Positions 51,920 to 60,908 of a stretch of 64,000 nt of DNA are shown here, piece after piece. This stretch comes from Bacillota bacterium (GTDB lineage Bacteria > Planctomycetota > UBA8108 > UBA1146): NCBI GenBank assembly GCA_003973385.1, contig QNYK01000010.1:4519-68518 (forward strand), written 5' to 3'. Position 1 is the stretch's first letter. Each line of letters starts with the position of its first letter. A model generated the notes under the pieces. That model did no database searches, was not told the origin of the DNA, and saw only the letters and a program-made list of their open reading frames with translations. The position numbers were made by a program, and so were the translations under genes.

Positions 51920-53379
51920 GCCGCCCCTCCATCCGGAAGCGCCCGATGATGATCGGTCCACTGTTGCCAGCGTGATCCCAGTTCAAGGAGTCGATGATCG
52001 CTGCCTCTGGCCCCCATCAGTTGCATGCCGATCGGCAATCCGGAGGCGTCAAACCCGCATGGAAGTGCCAGCGCCGGAACACCAGCGAGATTGGCAATCA
52101 CCGTCAGGATATCGCAGGCGTACAGTGCGATCGGGTCATCGATTCTTTCGCCGATCGGGAAGGGGGCGAAGGGAGATACAGGTAACAGCAGCGCATCACA
52201 CTCCTCGAGCACCTGGTCGATGCCTTCCCTGATCAGATCGCGCACCGCTTGAGCTCTGGTGTAGTAGGCTTCCCGGTACCCTGCCGACAGCACGAAGGTT
52301 CCCAGCAAGATGCGTCTTCTCACCTCACTGCCGAAGCCTCGATGACGACTGGTCTCGTACAGTGATTGGAGGTCCTTGGAGGATTCTCTGGCCCCGACAT
52401 GAACGCCGTCGTAACGAGCCAGATTCGAAGAGGCCTCGGCAGTGGCGATCACCTGGTAGCAGGCATTTGCCGCCTCGATGTGAGGGAGCGATCGCTCGAT
52501 GATCTCGATGCCCTGGTCCGCCATCTGGCCGGCTGCAGCCTGTACGGCGGTCGCGATTTGCTCATCGATAGCGGGGCCGAAACCCTCGGAAACCAGCGCC
52601 ACCCTCGAGATGGGCTGCACAGTTTCGTCATCCAGGGTCAGGCTGGTGGCATCGAGGGGGTCGTGTCCTTCCATCACCTGCAGCACCTGGCGACAGTCTT
52701 CAGAGTCGCGTGCCACCGGACATATCTGGTCGAGGCTCGACCCGAAGGCGATCAGACCTCGTCTTGAAACCCGGCCCCAGGTCGGCTTGAAGCCAGTCGC
52801 ACTGCAGAATGCTGCCGGCTGGCGGATCGAGCCACCGGTGTCGCTGCCGAGGTGAAATGCCCAGCCATGGCTTCCTGCCAGCGCCGCCGCCCCACCACTC
52901 GAACCGCCGGGCACCCGACTTCGATCCCACGGGTTCGACACCACTCCATGGCATGATGTCTCGTTGGAAGCGCCCATGGCGAACTCATCGCAATTGCTCT
53001 TGCCGGTGAGAACGGCCCCTGCCGCCCGTAGCCGACGAACTGCTGTAGCGTCCTCGTGGGCTCGAAATCCCTTCAAGATCGAACTGGAGGCATCGCTGGT
53101 GCCCTGTTCGGTAGTGATGTTCATCTTGGCAGTGAATGGGATGCCATCGAGCGGTCCCAGAATCTCTCCTGCCGCTCTTCTTTGATCACTCTGATCTGCG
53201 GCCGCACGCGCCTGTTCGGGAAAGGTCTCCACCACTGCACCGATTTCCCGCCCCAGGTGCTCGAGAAAATCGAGGTATCCATCGATCAACTGCCGCGCAC
53301 TGCATCGATGCTCTCCAAGCCATCGGGTCACCTCACCGACGGTGGCGTCGCGAGGAGGCAGTGAAGGAGGACTCGACAT
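51916..53379 (-). CDS. gatA: Glutamyl-tRNA(Gln) amidotransferase subunit A (amidase signature family)
   Basis: Amidase signature GGSSGGAAALAGSHGWAFHLGSDTGGSIRQPAAFC with the catalytic Ser-cisSer-Lys. Confidence 0.9.
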   Translation of the reverse strand: MSSPPSLPPRDATVGEVTRWLGEHRCSARQLIDGYLDFLEHLGREIGAVVETFPEQARAAADQSDQRRAAGEILGPLDGIPFTAKMNITTEQGTSDASSSILKGFRAHEDATAVRRLRAAGAVLTGKSNCDEFAMGASNETSCHGVVSNPWDRSRVPGGSSGGAAALAGSHGWAFHLGSDTGGSIRQPAAFCSATGFKPTWGRVSRRGLIAFGSSLDQICPVARDSEDCRQVLQVMEGHDPLDATSLTLDDETVQPISRVALVSEGFGPAIDEQIATAVQAAAGQMADQGIEIIERSLPHIEAANACYQVIATAEASSNLARYDGVHVGARESSKDLQSLYETSRHRGFGSEVRRRILLGTFVLSAGYREAYYTRAQAVRDLIREGIDQVLEECDALLLPVSPFAPFPIGERIDDPIALYACDILTVIANLAGVPALALPCGFDASGLPIGMQLMGARGSDHRLLELGSRWQQWTDHHRALPDGGAA

Positions 53380-53389
53380 CGGTGGCCTC

Positions 53390-53698
53390 CTACCCGACGA
53401 CTCGCGGCGTCACAAATGTGCCATCGCGCCAGTCCGGAGCATTTTCGCCGATCGAAGTGGCATCTCTCGGTCCTCCGGGGTCGTTCTGCTTGGCCGGTAG
53501 ATCGGGGCGAGCGTCCGATATGCGGACCGAACCGACCGTGGCATCGGTCTGGTGATCTTCAGGGATCTCGACTGATCTCAGCACATCGACCAGATCGAGG
53601 ATCTTCTCCATGTGATCTACCAGCCCCGCGACCTCCTCGTCAGAGACTTCGAGCCTTGCCAGATGCGCGGTGGATCGGACCAGGGCCTCGTCGATGAC
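53390..53698 (-). CDS. gatC: Asp/Glu-tRNA amidotransferase subunit C; conserved N-terminus lies upstream of the first ATG (non-canonical start or frame problem)
   Basis: The ATG ORF 53390..53611 encodes MEKILDLVDVLRSVEI... The same frame continues upstream as IDEALVRSTAHLARLEVSDEEVAGLVDH, the classic GatC helix. The frame is open to the stop at ~53774 with no ATG, GTG or TTG. The 5' coordinate is approximate. Confidence 0.6.
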   Translation of the reverse strand, partial: VIDEALVRSTAHLARLEVSDEEVAGLVDHMEKILDLVDVLRSVEIPEDHQTDATVGSVRISDARPDLPAKQNDPGGPRDATSIGENAPDWRDGTFVTPRVVG

Positions 53699-53835
53699 AG
53701 GCCGATCTGGATCGGTGGGAGTTGGCTCTTCAGAATTGATACGGTCCCCCTTCCCGACCTCGAAGTTGGCCCTTCAGTTGCACTCAACTCCGCTGTGCCG
53801 CAAGAGATCGTGCATCGGATGCGGTCGTAGATCGA

Positions 53836-53871
53836 TGAAAAACTCCCGATCGACCTGGCCGACCGGGAGTC
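53836..53871 (-). terminator. Rho-independent terminator after tRNA-Met (7-bp GC-rich stem ACTCCCG/CGGGAGT, 15-nt loop, followed by UUUUU on the minus transcript)
   Basis: Read directly. The plus strand has AAAAACTCCCGATCGACCTGGCCGACCGGGAGTCTCTTTTC, 12 nt downstream of the tRNA 3' CCA. Confidence 0.65.
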
Positions 53872-53882
53872 TCTTTTCAAAA

Positions 53883-53959
53883 ATGGTACCGGCGCAGGGA
53901 CTCGAACCCCGGACCCAAGGATTATGATTCCTTTGCTCTACCAACTGAGCTACACCGGC
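53883..53959 (-). tRNA. tRNA-Met (anticodon CAT, elongator type; CCA encoded)
   Basis: The reverse complement reads GCCGGTGTAGCTCAGTTGGTAGAGCAAAGGAATCATAATCCTTGGGTCCGGGGTTCGAGTCCCTGCGCCGGTACCA. It forms a cloverleaf with a G1·U72 wobble. Confidence 0.8.
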
Positions 53960-54784
53960 ATGGGCACCGACGATAGCGGTATTGCCTCGGGCTGTCCAGA
54001 TCGACGGTCCAGTTCCGCTCCCGTGGACGTCCATCGACCGGATTCGGTACTCGCTTCCCTGGTGGCGTTACTGTGGCCCGAATCCTGTAGACTCTGTGCC
54101 TGTCCGCCCCGGCCAGGAAGATCGCTCTGTGGCGACTGCCAGACGCGGCTCCCACCCCTCTCGCCAGACTGCTGCCGCTGCCTGCACAGCGGCCCCGATC
54201 GTGCCGGCGGCTGTCGCGGCTGCCGTGCAGGCGCTCCTCTTCGACCGATGATTCACCTCTCGACACACGAGGGAGCCTTGCGGGAGTTGATCCTGCTCGG
54301 AAAGCGCCAGCACCGTGACGATGTTGCAGAACTGCTCTCGACGGCGTTGTCGGCGATCATTCCGTTTCGATGGCCAGGCATCCGGCACGCATCCGCAGTG
54401 GTCCCCGTGCCGAGGCACTGGCTGCGGCGTTGCACTCAGGGAGTCTCCTTTGCCGAGAGACTTGCGATTCCGCTGGCCAGCAAGCTCGAACTCAGATGTC
54501 GACACCTGCTGCGAAGACGCCGCGGGCCGACCCAGGTGAGTTTGAGCGTGGGCCGCAGAAAAAGCCTCGCAGCAGGCGCGTTTCAACCCAGGAGCCCTCG
54601 GCATCTCGCGCTGGCTCGGCCCAACAAGGTGGTCTTGATCGACGATGTCTACACCACCGGCGCCACACTTCGAGCGGCGACCCGTGCCCTCGAAGCCTCG
54701 GGTCTGGAGGTCCAGTTGTGGATTGTCGCCAGCGTCAGTCCAGGATCAGATCCGGGTCGGGATTACGGGATGGCGACCAGATAG
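53960..54784 (+). CDS. ComF-family protein (zinc-finger plus phosphoribosyltransferase domain)
   Basis: An N-terminal four-Cys cluster CRLCACPP...CGDCQ and a C-terminal PRTase motif VVLIDDVYTTGATL. The track ORF starts inside the tRNA, so the start was moved to the first ATG after the tRNA and remains uncertain. Confidence 0.6.
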   Translation: MGTDDSGIASGCPDRRSSSAPVDVHRPDSVLASLVALLWPESCRLCACPPRPGRSLCGDCQTRLPPLSPDCCRCLHSGPDRAGGCRGCRAGAPLRPMIHLSTHEGALRELILLGKRQHRDDVAELLSTALSAIIPFRWPGIRHASAVVPVPRHWLRRCTQGVSFAERLAIPLASKLELRCRHLLRRRRGPTQVSLSVGRRKSLAAGAFQPRSPRHLALARPNKVVLIDDVYTTGATLRAATRALEASGLEVQLWIVASVSPGSDPGRDYGMATR

Positions 54785-55653
54785 GCGATCCAGGCATCGG
54801 TATTTTCGGCTTGATGTTCGAGTGTGAACTCACCATCGCCTTCCCCATCCTCATCGGTCCCCTCCCAGTAGACCTCGACCGAGGAGAAACCGGCATCGAT
54901 CAAGATGTCCTGACTCTCCTTCATGCCGTAGCGACGCCAGTCGTAGGTGAAGGCGCGCTTCATCTTGGATCCGTCCGGAAAGTGGAAAGAGATGTGGCAG
55001 AGAATCTCATCGCTGATCCCACAGACCTTGTCCTGGTCCCAGATATAATCGAAGCCGTCCTTCTCGTGCTCCTCCTCCATCTCCTCGTAGGCTTCCTTGC
55101 CACCGTAGATGTCGAGGACGAAGAGGCCACTTCCAGCGAGGCTTTCGCGAACCGAACTGAAGTACTCGATGAGTTGCCTGCGCTGCTTGAAGATCCACCA
55201 TGAAAAGTTCATGGCACATACGATATCCACGGGGTCATTGGGTGCGTCGAGAACATTGGCGATGCGGAGATCAACTCGAGAGCGTTGCTCGCTGTCGAGT
55301 TTGGTCAGGTTGTGTTCGACACCCCAGTTGACTGTATCGGAATCAAGGTCGTAGCCGATGGCCCTGTAAGTCGGATTGTGCTGAGCCCATGTCGCAGAGA
55401 GAAACCCCGTACCGCAAAAATCTTCACGTAACAGGATTGGATCACGCTTGAACTTGCTACGGAATATCTCTTCCATGAACTCGATATCCGCCTCCGGCTC
55501 CTGCACCGCCCGCTGGTAAAGGTCATGTTTGTTGGCCAGAAATGCCTGTCGATCCGGTTTCTTCTTCTTGTTCTTCTTCGCCCCGGCCACCAATGGCCCC
55601 CTAATCAGTTCTGTTCTCTGGTGATCAACCTGTCCGTATGATCTGCAGATCAT
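54763..55653 (-). CDS. Class I SAM-dependent methyltransferase-like protein
   Basis: The EDFCGTGFLSATWA Gly-rich SAM motif I region and a DIVCAMNFSWWIF motif II/III-like region. The N-terminus has a poly-Lys stretch. The start codon sits inside a 16-bp perfect palindrome. Confidence 0.5.
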   Translation of the reverse strand: MICRSYGQVDHQRTELIRGPLVAGAKKNKKKKPDRQAFLANKHDLYQRAVQEPEADIEFMEEIFRSKFKRDPILLREDFCGTGFLSATWAQHNPTYRAIGYDLDSDTVNWGVEHNLTKLDSEQRSRVDLRIANVLDAPNDPVDIVCAMNFSWWIFKQRRQLIEYFSSVRESLAGSGLFVLDIYGGKEAYEEMEEEHEKDGFDYIWDQDKVCGISDEILCHISFHFPDGSKMKRAFTYDWRRYGMKESQDILIDAGFSSVEVYWEGTDEDGEGDGEFTLEHQAENTDAWIAYLVAIP

Positions 55654-55858
55654 CGGCTCTTCATGCCACTTCTCAAGGCATCAGCCGCCACTTCTCGGCG
55701 AGAACTGCCCTGCTGGATATCGCTTTCCGCCGCCACTGAAGGGCTTCGAAGCCCGACCCCGGCACCCGAGTCGATAAATCAACTGGAGTGTTCGATATCT
55801 CCCCCGTTATCCTCTCACCCTACACGCAGGGACCGAGGGCTCGCAATGAAGAGCGCCG

Positions 55859-57730
55859 ATGAAATCGGAGTGGGCTCCTTGGCGAGGCGTTCGAAGAGAG
55901 CGAAGGGAAGGCAGAGTGACACCGGAAATCATCGAGGTCCTGATCGTGCTCGCAATCACATTGATCTTTTTTGCCAGTGAAATCCTGGCGGTCGATGTCA
56001 TCGCCGTGCTCGTTCTTATCTACCTGGTAGTTCCCGTGCCCTGGCGAGACCTTCCCTTGCTCCCCCTCGAAGATGCTCTGCTGGGATTCGGGCACCCTGC
56101 GGTGATCGGAGTGGGTGCTCTGTTCATCGTCAGTGAGGGACTGCTACGAACAGGGGCCCTCGGTTTCCTCTCTAACCACCTGCATGAGTGGAGCCGCGGC
56201 AGTAACCGGCTGCTGACCGCCTTGATGCTCCTGATCGTGCTGGTCTCCAGTGCCTTCCTCAACAACACGCCTGTCGTTGCGATGTTCATCCCGGTGGCCC
56301 TGGGAGCGTGCCTTCGCAGCGGTATGAATCCATCTTCGATTCTGATCCCTCTCTCGTATGCAGCGATTCTTGGCGGGACCTGTACTCTCATCGGAACCTC
56401 GACCAACATCCTGGTCGCATCCATCGCACGAGAAAGCAATCCTGACATCCAGCTGGGAATGTTCGAGTTCACGAAACTGGGCTTCATCCTGGCAGCGATC
56501 GGATTCGTCTATCTGCTGACCGTGGCGCCCAGGTTGTTGCCGGAAAGGCAAACGATCACATCGCTCGCCAGCCTGGGCGGCGACCGGAGACACCGGGAGT
56601 ACATCACCGAGATCGAGGTTCGCGGTGGCGATCTGATCGGCCAGCGATTTGGCGACACGATGCTCGCCATCCCGGGCAAGGTACGAATACTCCAGATCAT
56701 CCGTGGCGAGGAGATCATCTGGCCACCCCTGGAAGATGAGAAACTTCAGCTCGGAGACGCTCTGGTGATCTCAGGGTCCATCGAGGACCTGATGGAAGTT
56801 CAAGAGGAACAAGGAGTTGCGAGTCTCTCCGAGATCGTTTCCGAGACCGAGGGAAGCGCATCTCAGCGAGAGTCTCAACTCGCAGAGTTACTGGTTCTGC
56901 CGAGTAGTCCTTATGTCGGCCAGCTGCTCGGGTCGGTCGAGTTGCGCCGCCGCTTCGGGCTCAATGTCATCGGACTCCAGCGTCACGGCATGCACATGCG
57001 TAGCAAGATCAGCGAGCACCCCCTGAGGACCGGTGACGTGTTGCTGATCCAGGGCACTCCGGAGGGCCTCGACCGCATTCGCGGTGAAGAGGGAGTAGTG
57101 CTGATGTCGGGTGTCGACGATGTCGTGGTACGAAAAGAAAAGGCGCCTCTGGCGATCTTCGTGCTGATCGCCGTGATCGGTTTGCTGGCAACCCAGATGC
57201 TCCCGATGGCCACGGTGGCGCTTGCGGGAGCCGTCGCGATGGTTGTGACCGGCTGTATCAGTGGCACGAAGATCTACGAGGCGGTGCAGTGGAAGATCCT
57301 GGTGTTGATCGCAGGCACCCTCGCCCTGGGAAAAGCGATGGAATCGAGCGGTACCGCCGACTGGCTGGCACTCCTGGTCGTGGATCTGAAACCATTTCTA
57401 GGCGCACACGGCCTGGTCGTGGTCACCCTGATCGTCGCCGCCCTGTTGACCGAGATGGTTTCCAATGCAGCGGTCGCTGCAGTGCTGGTGCCGGTGGCTC
57501 TGAAGATCGCTACCGAGGTGCAGGCCTCCCCCTACCCATTTGTCATGGCGGTGGCCTTTGGTGCCTCTCTGTCGTTCTTGACGCCGATAGGGTATCAGAC
57601 CAACACCCTCGTCTATGGCGCCGGAGGCTATCGCTTTGGCGACTTTGCCCGGGTCGGAGCCCCCTTGGTGGTGATCATCTGGACCGTGGCAGGTCTATTG
57701 ATCCCCTACTTCTGGCCGCTGACTGGCTGA
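55859..57730 (+). CDS. SLC13/DASS-type anion permease with two central TrkA-C (RCK_C) domains
   Basis: N- and C-terminal transporter halves (LNNTPVVAMFIPV..., TNILVA / ...SNAAVAAVLVPV) flank two TrkA_C-like segments (GDALVISGSIEDL, GDVLLIQGTPEGL). Confidence 0.65.
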   Translation: MKSEWAPWRGVRRERREGRVTPEIIEVLIVLAITLIFFASEILAVDVIAVLVLIYLVVPVPWRDLPLLPLEDALLGFGHPAVIGVGALFIVSEGLLRTGALGFLSNHLHEWSRGSNRLLTALMLLIVLVSSAFLNNTPVVAMFIPVALGACLRSGMNPSSILIPLSYAAILGGTCTLIGTSTNILVASIARESNPDIQLGMFEFTKLGFILAAIGFVYLLTVAPRLLPERQTITSLASLGGDRRHREYITEIEVRGGDLIGQRFGDTMLAIPGKVRILQIIRGEEIIWPPLEDEKLQLGDALVISGSIEDLMEVQEEQGVASLSEIVSETEGSASQRESQLAELLVLPSSPYVGQLLGSVELRRRFGLNVIGLQRHGMHMRSKISEHPLRTGDVLLIQGTPEGLDRIRGEEGVVLMSGVDDVVVRKEKAPLAIFVLIAVIGLLATQMLPMATVALAGAVAMVVTGCISGTKIYEAVQWKILVLIAGTLALGKAMESSGTADWLALLVVDLKPFLGAHGLVVVTLIVAALLTEMVSNAAVAAVLVPVALKIATEVQASPYPFVMAVAFGASLSFLTPIGYQTNTLVYGAGGYRFGDFARVGAPLVVIIWTVAGLLIPYFWPLTG

Positions 57731-57752
57731 CTTCTGGCCGCTGACTGGCTCA
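57709..57752. repeat. 22-bp tandem duplication (CTTCTGGCCGCTGACTGGCTGA x2) spanning the transporter stop codon
   Basis: Read directly. The first copy encodes the terminal FWPLTG* and the second copy lies immediately after the stop. Confidence 0.7.
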
Positions 57753-57765
57753 ATCTGCACCGATC

Positions 57766-60700
57766 TCAGGGACAAACCGTCTCCATGCACTGCAAGGTGT
57801 CGCCGGTCAGATCCTCCCCACACGTCGCTCCCGGGGCCGGCAATTCTGCGCCACCGGAGAAGAGATATGTCAGTACTGTGATGGGATCCGCAACATCGAT
57901 GCTGCCATCGTCGTTACTGTCGTGACCATCTTCACAGCTGGTGAGAGAAGTGCCTCCTCCGAACAGAAGTTGCAGCGTCGAGATCGCATCCGAGATATCG
58001 AGCGAACCGTCTCCATTTCCATCGCCACGGACGAAGAAGACGCCAGAGCAGGATCCAGGTTGAGACAGTGCGTCAGCAGGATCGGAACATGCAAGACGCT
58101 CGTCCCCATCAAAGTGGCCGTCGAGATCACGATCGATGCCCATCCGTAGGGCCGATTCGGTGGGGACCACGGTGAAGGTCACTTCCGCACCCGCTACCGC
58201 CGAGTTGAGAAGTTCGGTGAAGGTGGTGCCTTCGGTGAGGATGTCGGACTGGAATATGCCGGTGCCGGCACCCACCAGTACCCAGCCACGAAGGAAACCG
58301 CCTTGCCATGCCTTGGCGATCACACCGACCCTGCCCAGGCTCGCCTCCTCGAGGATGATCTGCGCAACTGCGAGCACTTGCGGGTCATCTCTATTGGTCT
58401 CGTCGAAGGTGATCTGCATACCCACTGCAGCGTGCGAATCCTGGCTTGGCGATCCGAGAGGTTCGAACGGTGTCTGGTTGCTTCCATCAGGGAGGTCGGA
58501 TCCAGAGAACGCGAGCATGAAGGCGGTCAGATCGGCAATCTGCTGATCATTGATCACCGAGAAGGCAGGTTCACTGATGAAGCGCTCGACAGAATCCACC
58601 GACCCGTCGTGCAGGAATCCAAATCCGGTGGTGTTGAGCAGTTGAGTCGTATTGAAGCCGGAGCGCTTGTAGACGTTTCGCAACTGAGGAATCTTAATGT
58701 TCCTCTGGGCGGAACCGTCGACACTGACCATGCCGTGGTGCTTTTCCCCCATCGGACCGTCCGGAATCTCTTCCATGACAAAGCCAGCACTGAATACCGA
58801 GTTGGGTCCGATTCCGATGGGCAACGCGTGGCAGGTCACACACTGCAGACCTCCATCGAGGCCAGCATTGCGGTAGAGATCCAGCCCAGTCACTGCGTTT
58901 CCTGGTCCCAGTGATTCACCTTCAGACCCGAAGCGACCGGTCGTGTAATGCCCATCGAGTGGCAATGCCGTCGGCAGTTCATTCCTGAGGCCGCGGAACG
59001 GATTGGGAGGAAAATAGATGCTGGCGAGGAACGCCTCGAAATCCTGCATCGAATTGCCTCCAAGCGGGAGATCATCTCCATTGATCGACATGAATGCGCC
59101 ACCAAAGGCCTCGATACCAAATTTATCTCCACGCCAGTGATGAGGTTCCTTGCCGATGATGTCCTGCAATGTCTGCGTCAACATCGGTCCCTTCATCGGA
59201 TGGAAATCATCACACGGAGGTACTCCCGGCAGCGGCAAACCCATGTTGCAGACATCCACAAATGGAGCCACCTCCCCGGCAGGATCTCCCAGATCCCATG
59301 CCAGGCGGTCGGTCCTGGCATCGACATGGCAAGAAGCACAGGAGACCTGGCCCATTCCGGAGGTGAGGTGTGTGTCGTAGAGGAACTTTCGGCCCGCGCG
59401 CACCACTTCACCGGTCGGATCGTGATATGTGTCTCGACCACTGATGGTGCCGGTCTGTATATCGATGGAAGCCACCGATGCATCGAAGTGCTCGTGTACA
59501 TAGAGCTTCCCCCTCGATTCATCGAGGGCGAGACCGGTCGCTCCCGCGCCCACGTCGATGGGGTCCGCAACAAGGTTTCGGGTTCCGTCGGCCTGCAGCC
59601 TGACGACATTTCCTGATCCCTTACCGGCGACAAAAGCCTCGGTACCCGCGGCATTCCAGACGATGGCACGCGGATCTCCGATGCTCAGTAACTGCTGATC
59701 GGGGGGAACACTGACACCACCGGCGGGTAGATGAGGATTGAGATCCTCGATCTGTGCGCTGGCCGTACCTCCCGGGGTGATCATCGCATGCAGCACATCG
59801 ATGAAGTGCCCGTTGAGATTGTGTTCGTAGCGGATGTGATTGAATGCCTCTGTTCCGACCACCGAGATGGCTCCATCGGTCGGACGAACACCGATCGCCA
59901 TGCAGATGTTCATCAGGGACTGGATGTATGTGACCGAGTTGTCCGCAGTATCGATGACCGCGACATCATGATCTGCCAGATCCCAGCCGACCTGACGACC
60001 CGAAAGGTCTGCCTGTGGCCCGCTGACGAAATCTCCCCAGTCGCTTCCATTGTCATCGACCCACACATCCTGGTCGATCTTCTTCACGATCAGTGCCACG
60101 GGTGGAGGTGTACCTATGCTGGGGTTCAGTGGTGGCTCAAAGTCGCCATTGGCATTGGGCGGAGGATTGACGCCACCATAAGGCCCCGCTGGATCACTGA
60201 CGATGTTGGGAGGGAAAGCGATGACATTGAGTCCGCCGTCAAATCCTCCACCGAGCACGGTGGTGCCATTGCCGGATTCAAAGATGGCGCAGTAGACGGT
60301 CGATCCGTCGGGGCTTTTTGCAAGTGCCCGAGGCTCCTCACCGATCAAAGCTATGATCTCGGGGGAGGCTGTCACATCGGATGGATCGAACACCATGATC
60401 TCATCGGTCCCCGAGCAGGAAACATAAGCCCGTTCCGGAGTACCTGCAAAGATCACATCCGCAGGTTCATCCGCTGTCATCAATGTCCATCGCACATAGC
60501 CATTTTGTAGATCGACGATGCTGATGGTGTCGGAAATTCGATTCACCACCCACGCCTCGGTCGCATTGCGAGCTCGCACCGATACAGGATCCAGCCCTAC
60601 CGGCACCGACAGCAACGGCACCGGGACACCGGAACTGATGTCGTAGATTTCCAGGTGGGAATCTGCAGTGTTGGTCGCCAGCAACAGGTCACTGCCCGAA

Positions 60701-60828
60701 ACCAGTTCAAGCGGATGTACCGGGGGGCTTTCCCAGTTGATCCAGGATTCACTGGTGACCTGTGCTGAAAGTGCTGAACAGAAGATCAGCAAGGATACCA
60801 ATACTGCCATCATTGTAGTCGTTCTCAT
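57766..60828 (-). CDS. Giant secreted protein: N-terminal beta-propeller, di-haem cytochrome c peroxidase/MauG-like domain (CASCH, CVTCH), C-terminal dockerin-type calcium-binding repeats
   Basis: Signal peptide MRTTTMMAVLVSLLIFCSALSAQ. Haem-binding motifs SCASCHVDARTD and CVTCHALPIG. The C-terminal DGNGDGSLDISDAISTLQLLFGG and DDGSIDVADPITVLTYLFSGG are dockerin-like duplicated EF-hand segments. The ATG is at 60828. Confidence 0.65.
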   Translation of the reverse strand: MRTTTMMAVLVSLLIFCSALSAQVTSESWINWESPPVHPLELVSGSDLLLATNTADSHLEIYDISSGVPVPLLSVPVGLDPVSVRARNATEAWVVNRISDTISIVDLQNGYVRWTLMTADEPADVIFAGTPERAYVSCSGTDEIMVFDPSDVTASPEIIALIGEEPRALAKSPDGSTVYCAIFESGNGTTVLGGGFDGGLNVIAFPPNIVSDPAGPYGGVNPPPNANGDFEPPLNPSIGTPPPVALIVKKIDQDVWVDDNGSDWGDFVSGPQADLSGRQVGWDLADHDVAVIDTADNSVTYIQSLMNICMAIGVRPTDGAISVVGTEAFNHIRYEHNLNGHFIDVLHAMITPGGTASAQIEDLNPHLPAGGVSVPPDQQLLSIGDPRAIVWNAAGTEAFVAGKGSGNVVRLQADGTRNLVADPIDVGAGATGLALDESRGKLYVHEHFDASVASIDIQTGTISGRDTYHDPTGEVVRAGRKFLYDTHLTSGMGQVSCASCHVDARTDRLAWDLGDPAGEVAPFVDVCNMGLPLPGVPPCDDFHPMKGPMLTQTLQDIIGKEPHHWRGDKFGIEAFGGAFMSINGDDLPLGGNSMQDFEAFLASIYFPPNPFRGLRNELPTALPLDGHYTTGRFGSEGESLGPGNAVTGLDLYRNAGLDGGLQCVTCHALPIGIGPNSVFSAGFVMEEIPDGPMGEKHHGMVSVDGSAQRNIKIPQLRNVYKRSGFNTTQLLNTTGFGFLHDGSVDSVERFISEPAFSVINDQQIADLTAFMLAFSGSDLPDGSNQTPFEPLGSPSQDSHAAVGMQITFDETNRDDPQVLAVAQIILEEASLGRVGVIAKAWQGGFLRGWVLVGAGTGIFQSDILTEGTTFTELLNSAVAGAEVTFTVVPTESALRMGIDRDLDGHFDGDERLACSDPADALSQPGSCSGVFFVRGDGNGDGSLDISDAISTLQLLFGGGTSLTSCEDGHDSNDDGSIDVADPITVLTYLFSGGAELPAPGATCGEDLTGDTLQCMETVCP

Positions 60829-60846
60829 CAAGAGCCCTTCGGTCTT

Positions 60847-60856
60847 GGGGGGGGGG
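60847..60856. repeat. Homopolymeric tract G10 (C10 on the coding strand) 19-28 nt upstream of the giant dockerin protein start codon
   Basis: Read directly (GGTCTTGGGGGGGGGGAGCA). Confidence 0.85.
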
Positions 60857-60908
60857 AGCACGCAATCCGCTGTACACCATCGATGATAGGGGATGAGGCC
60901 CTGAGTCA

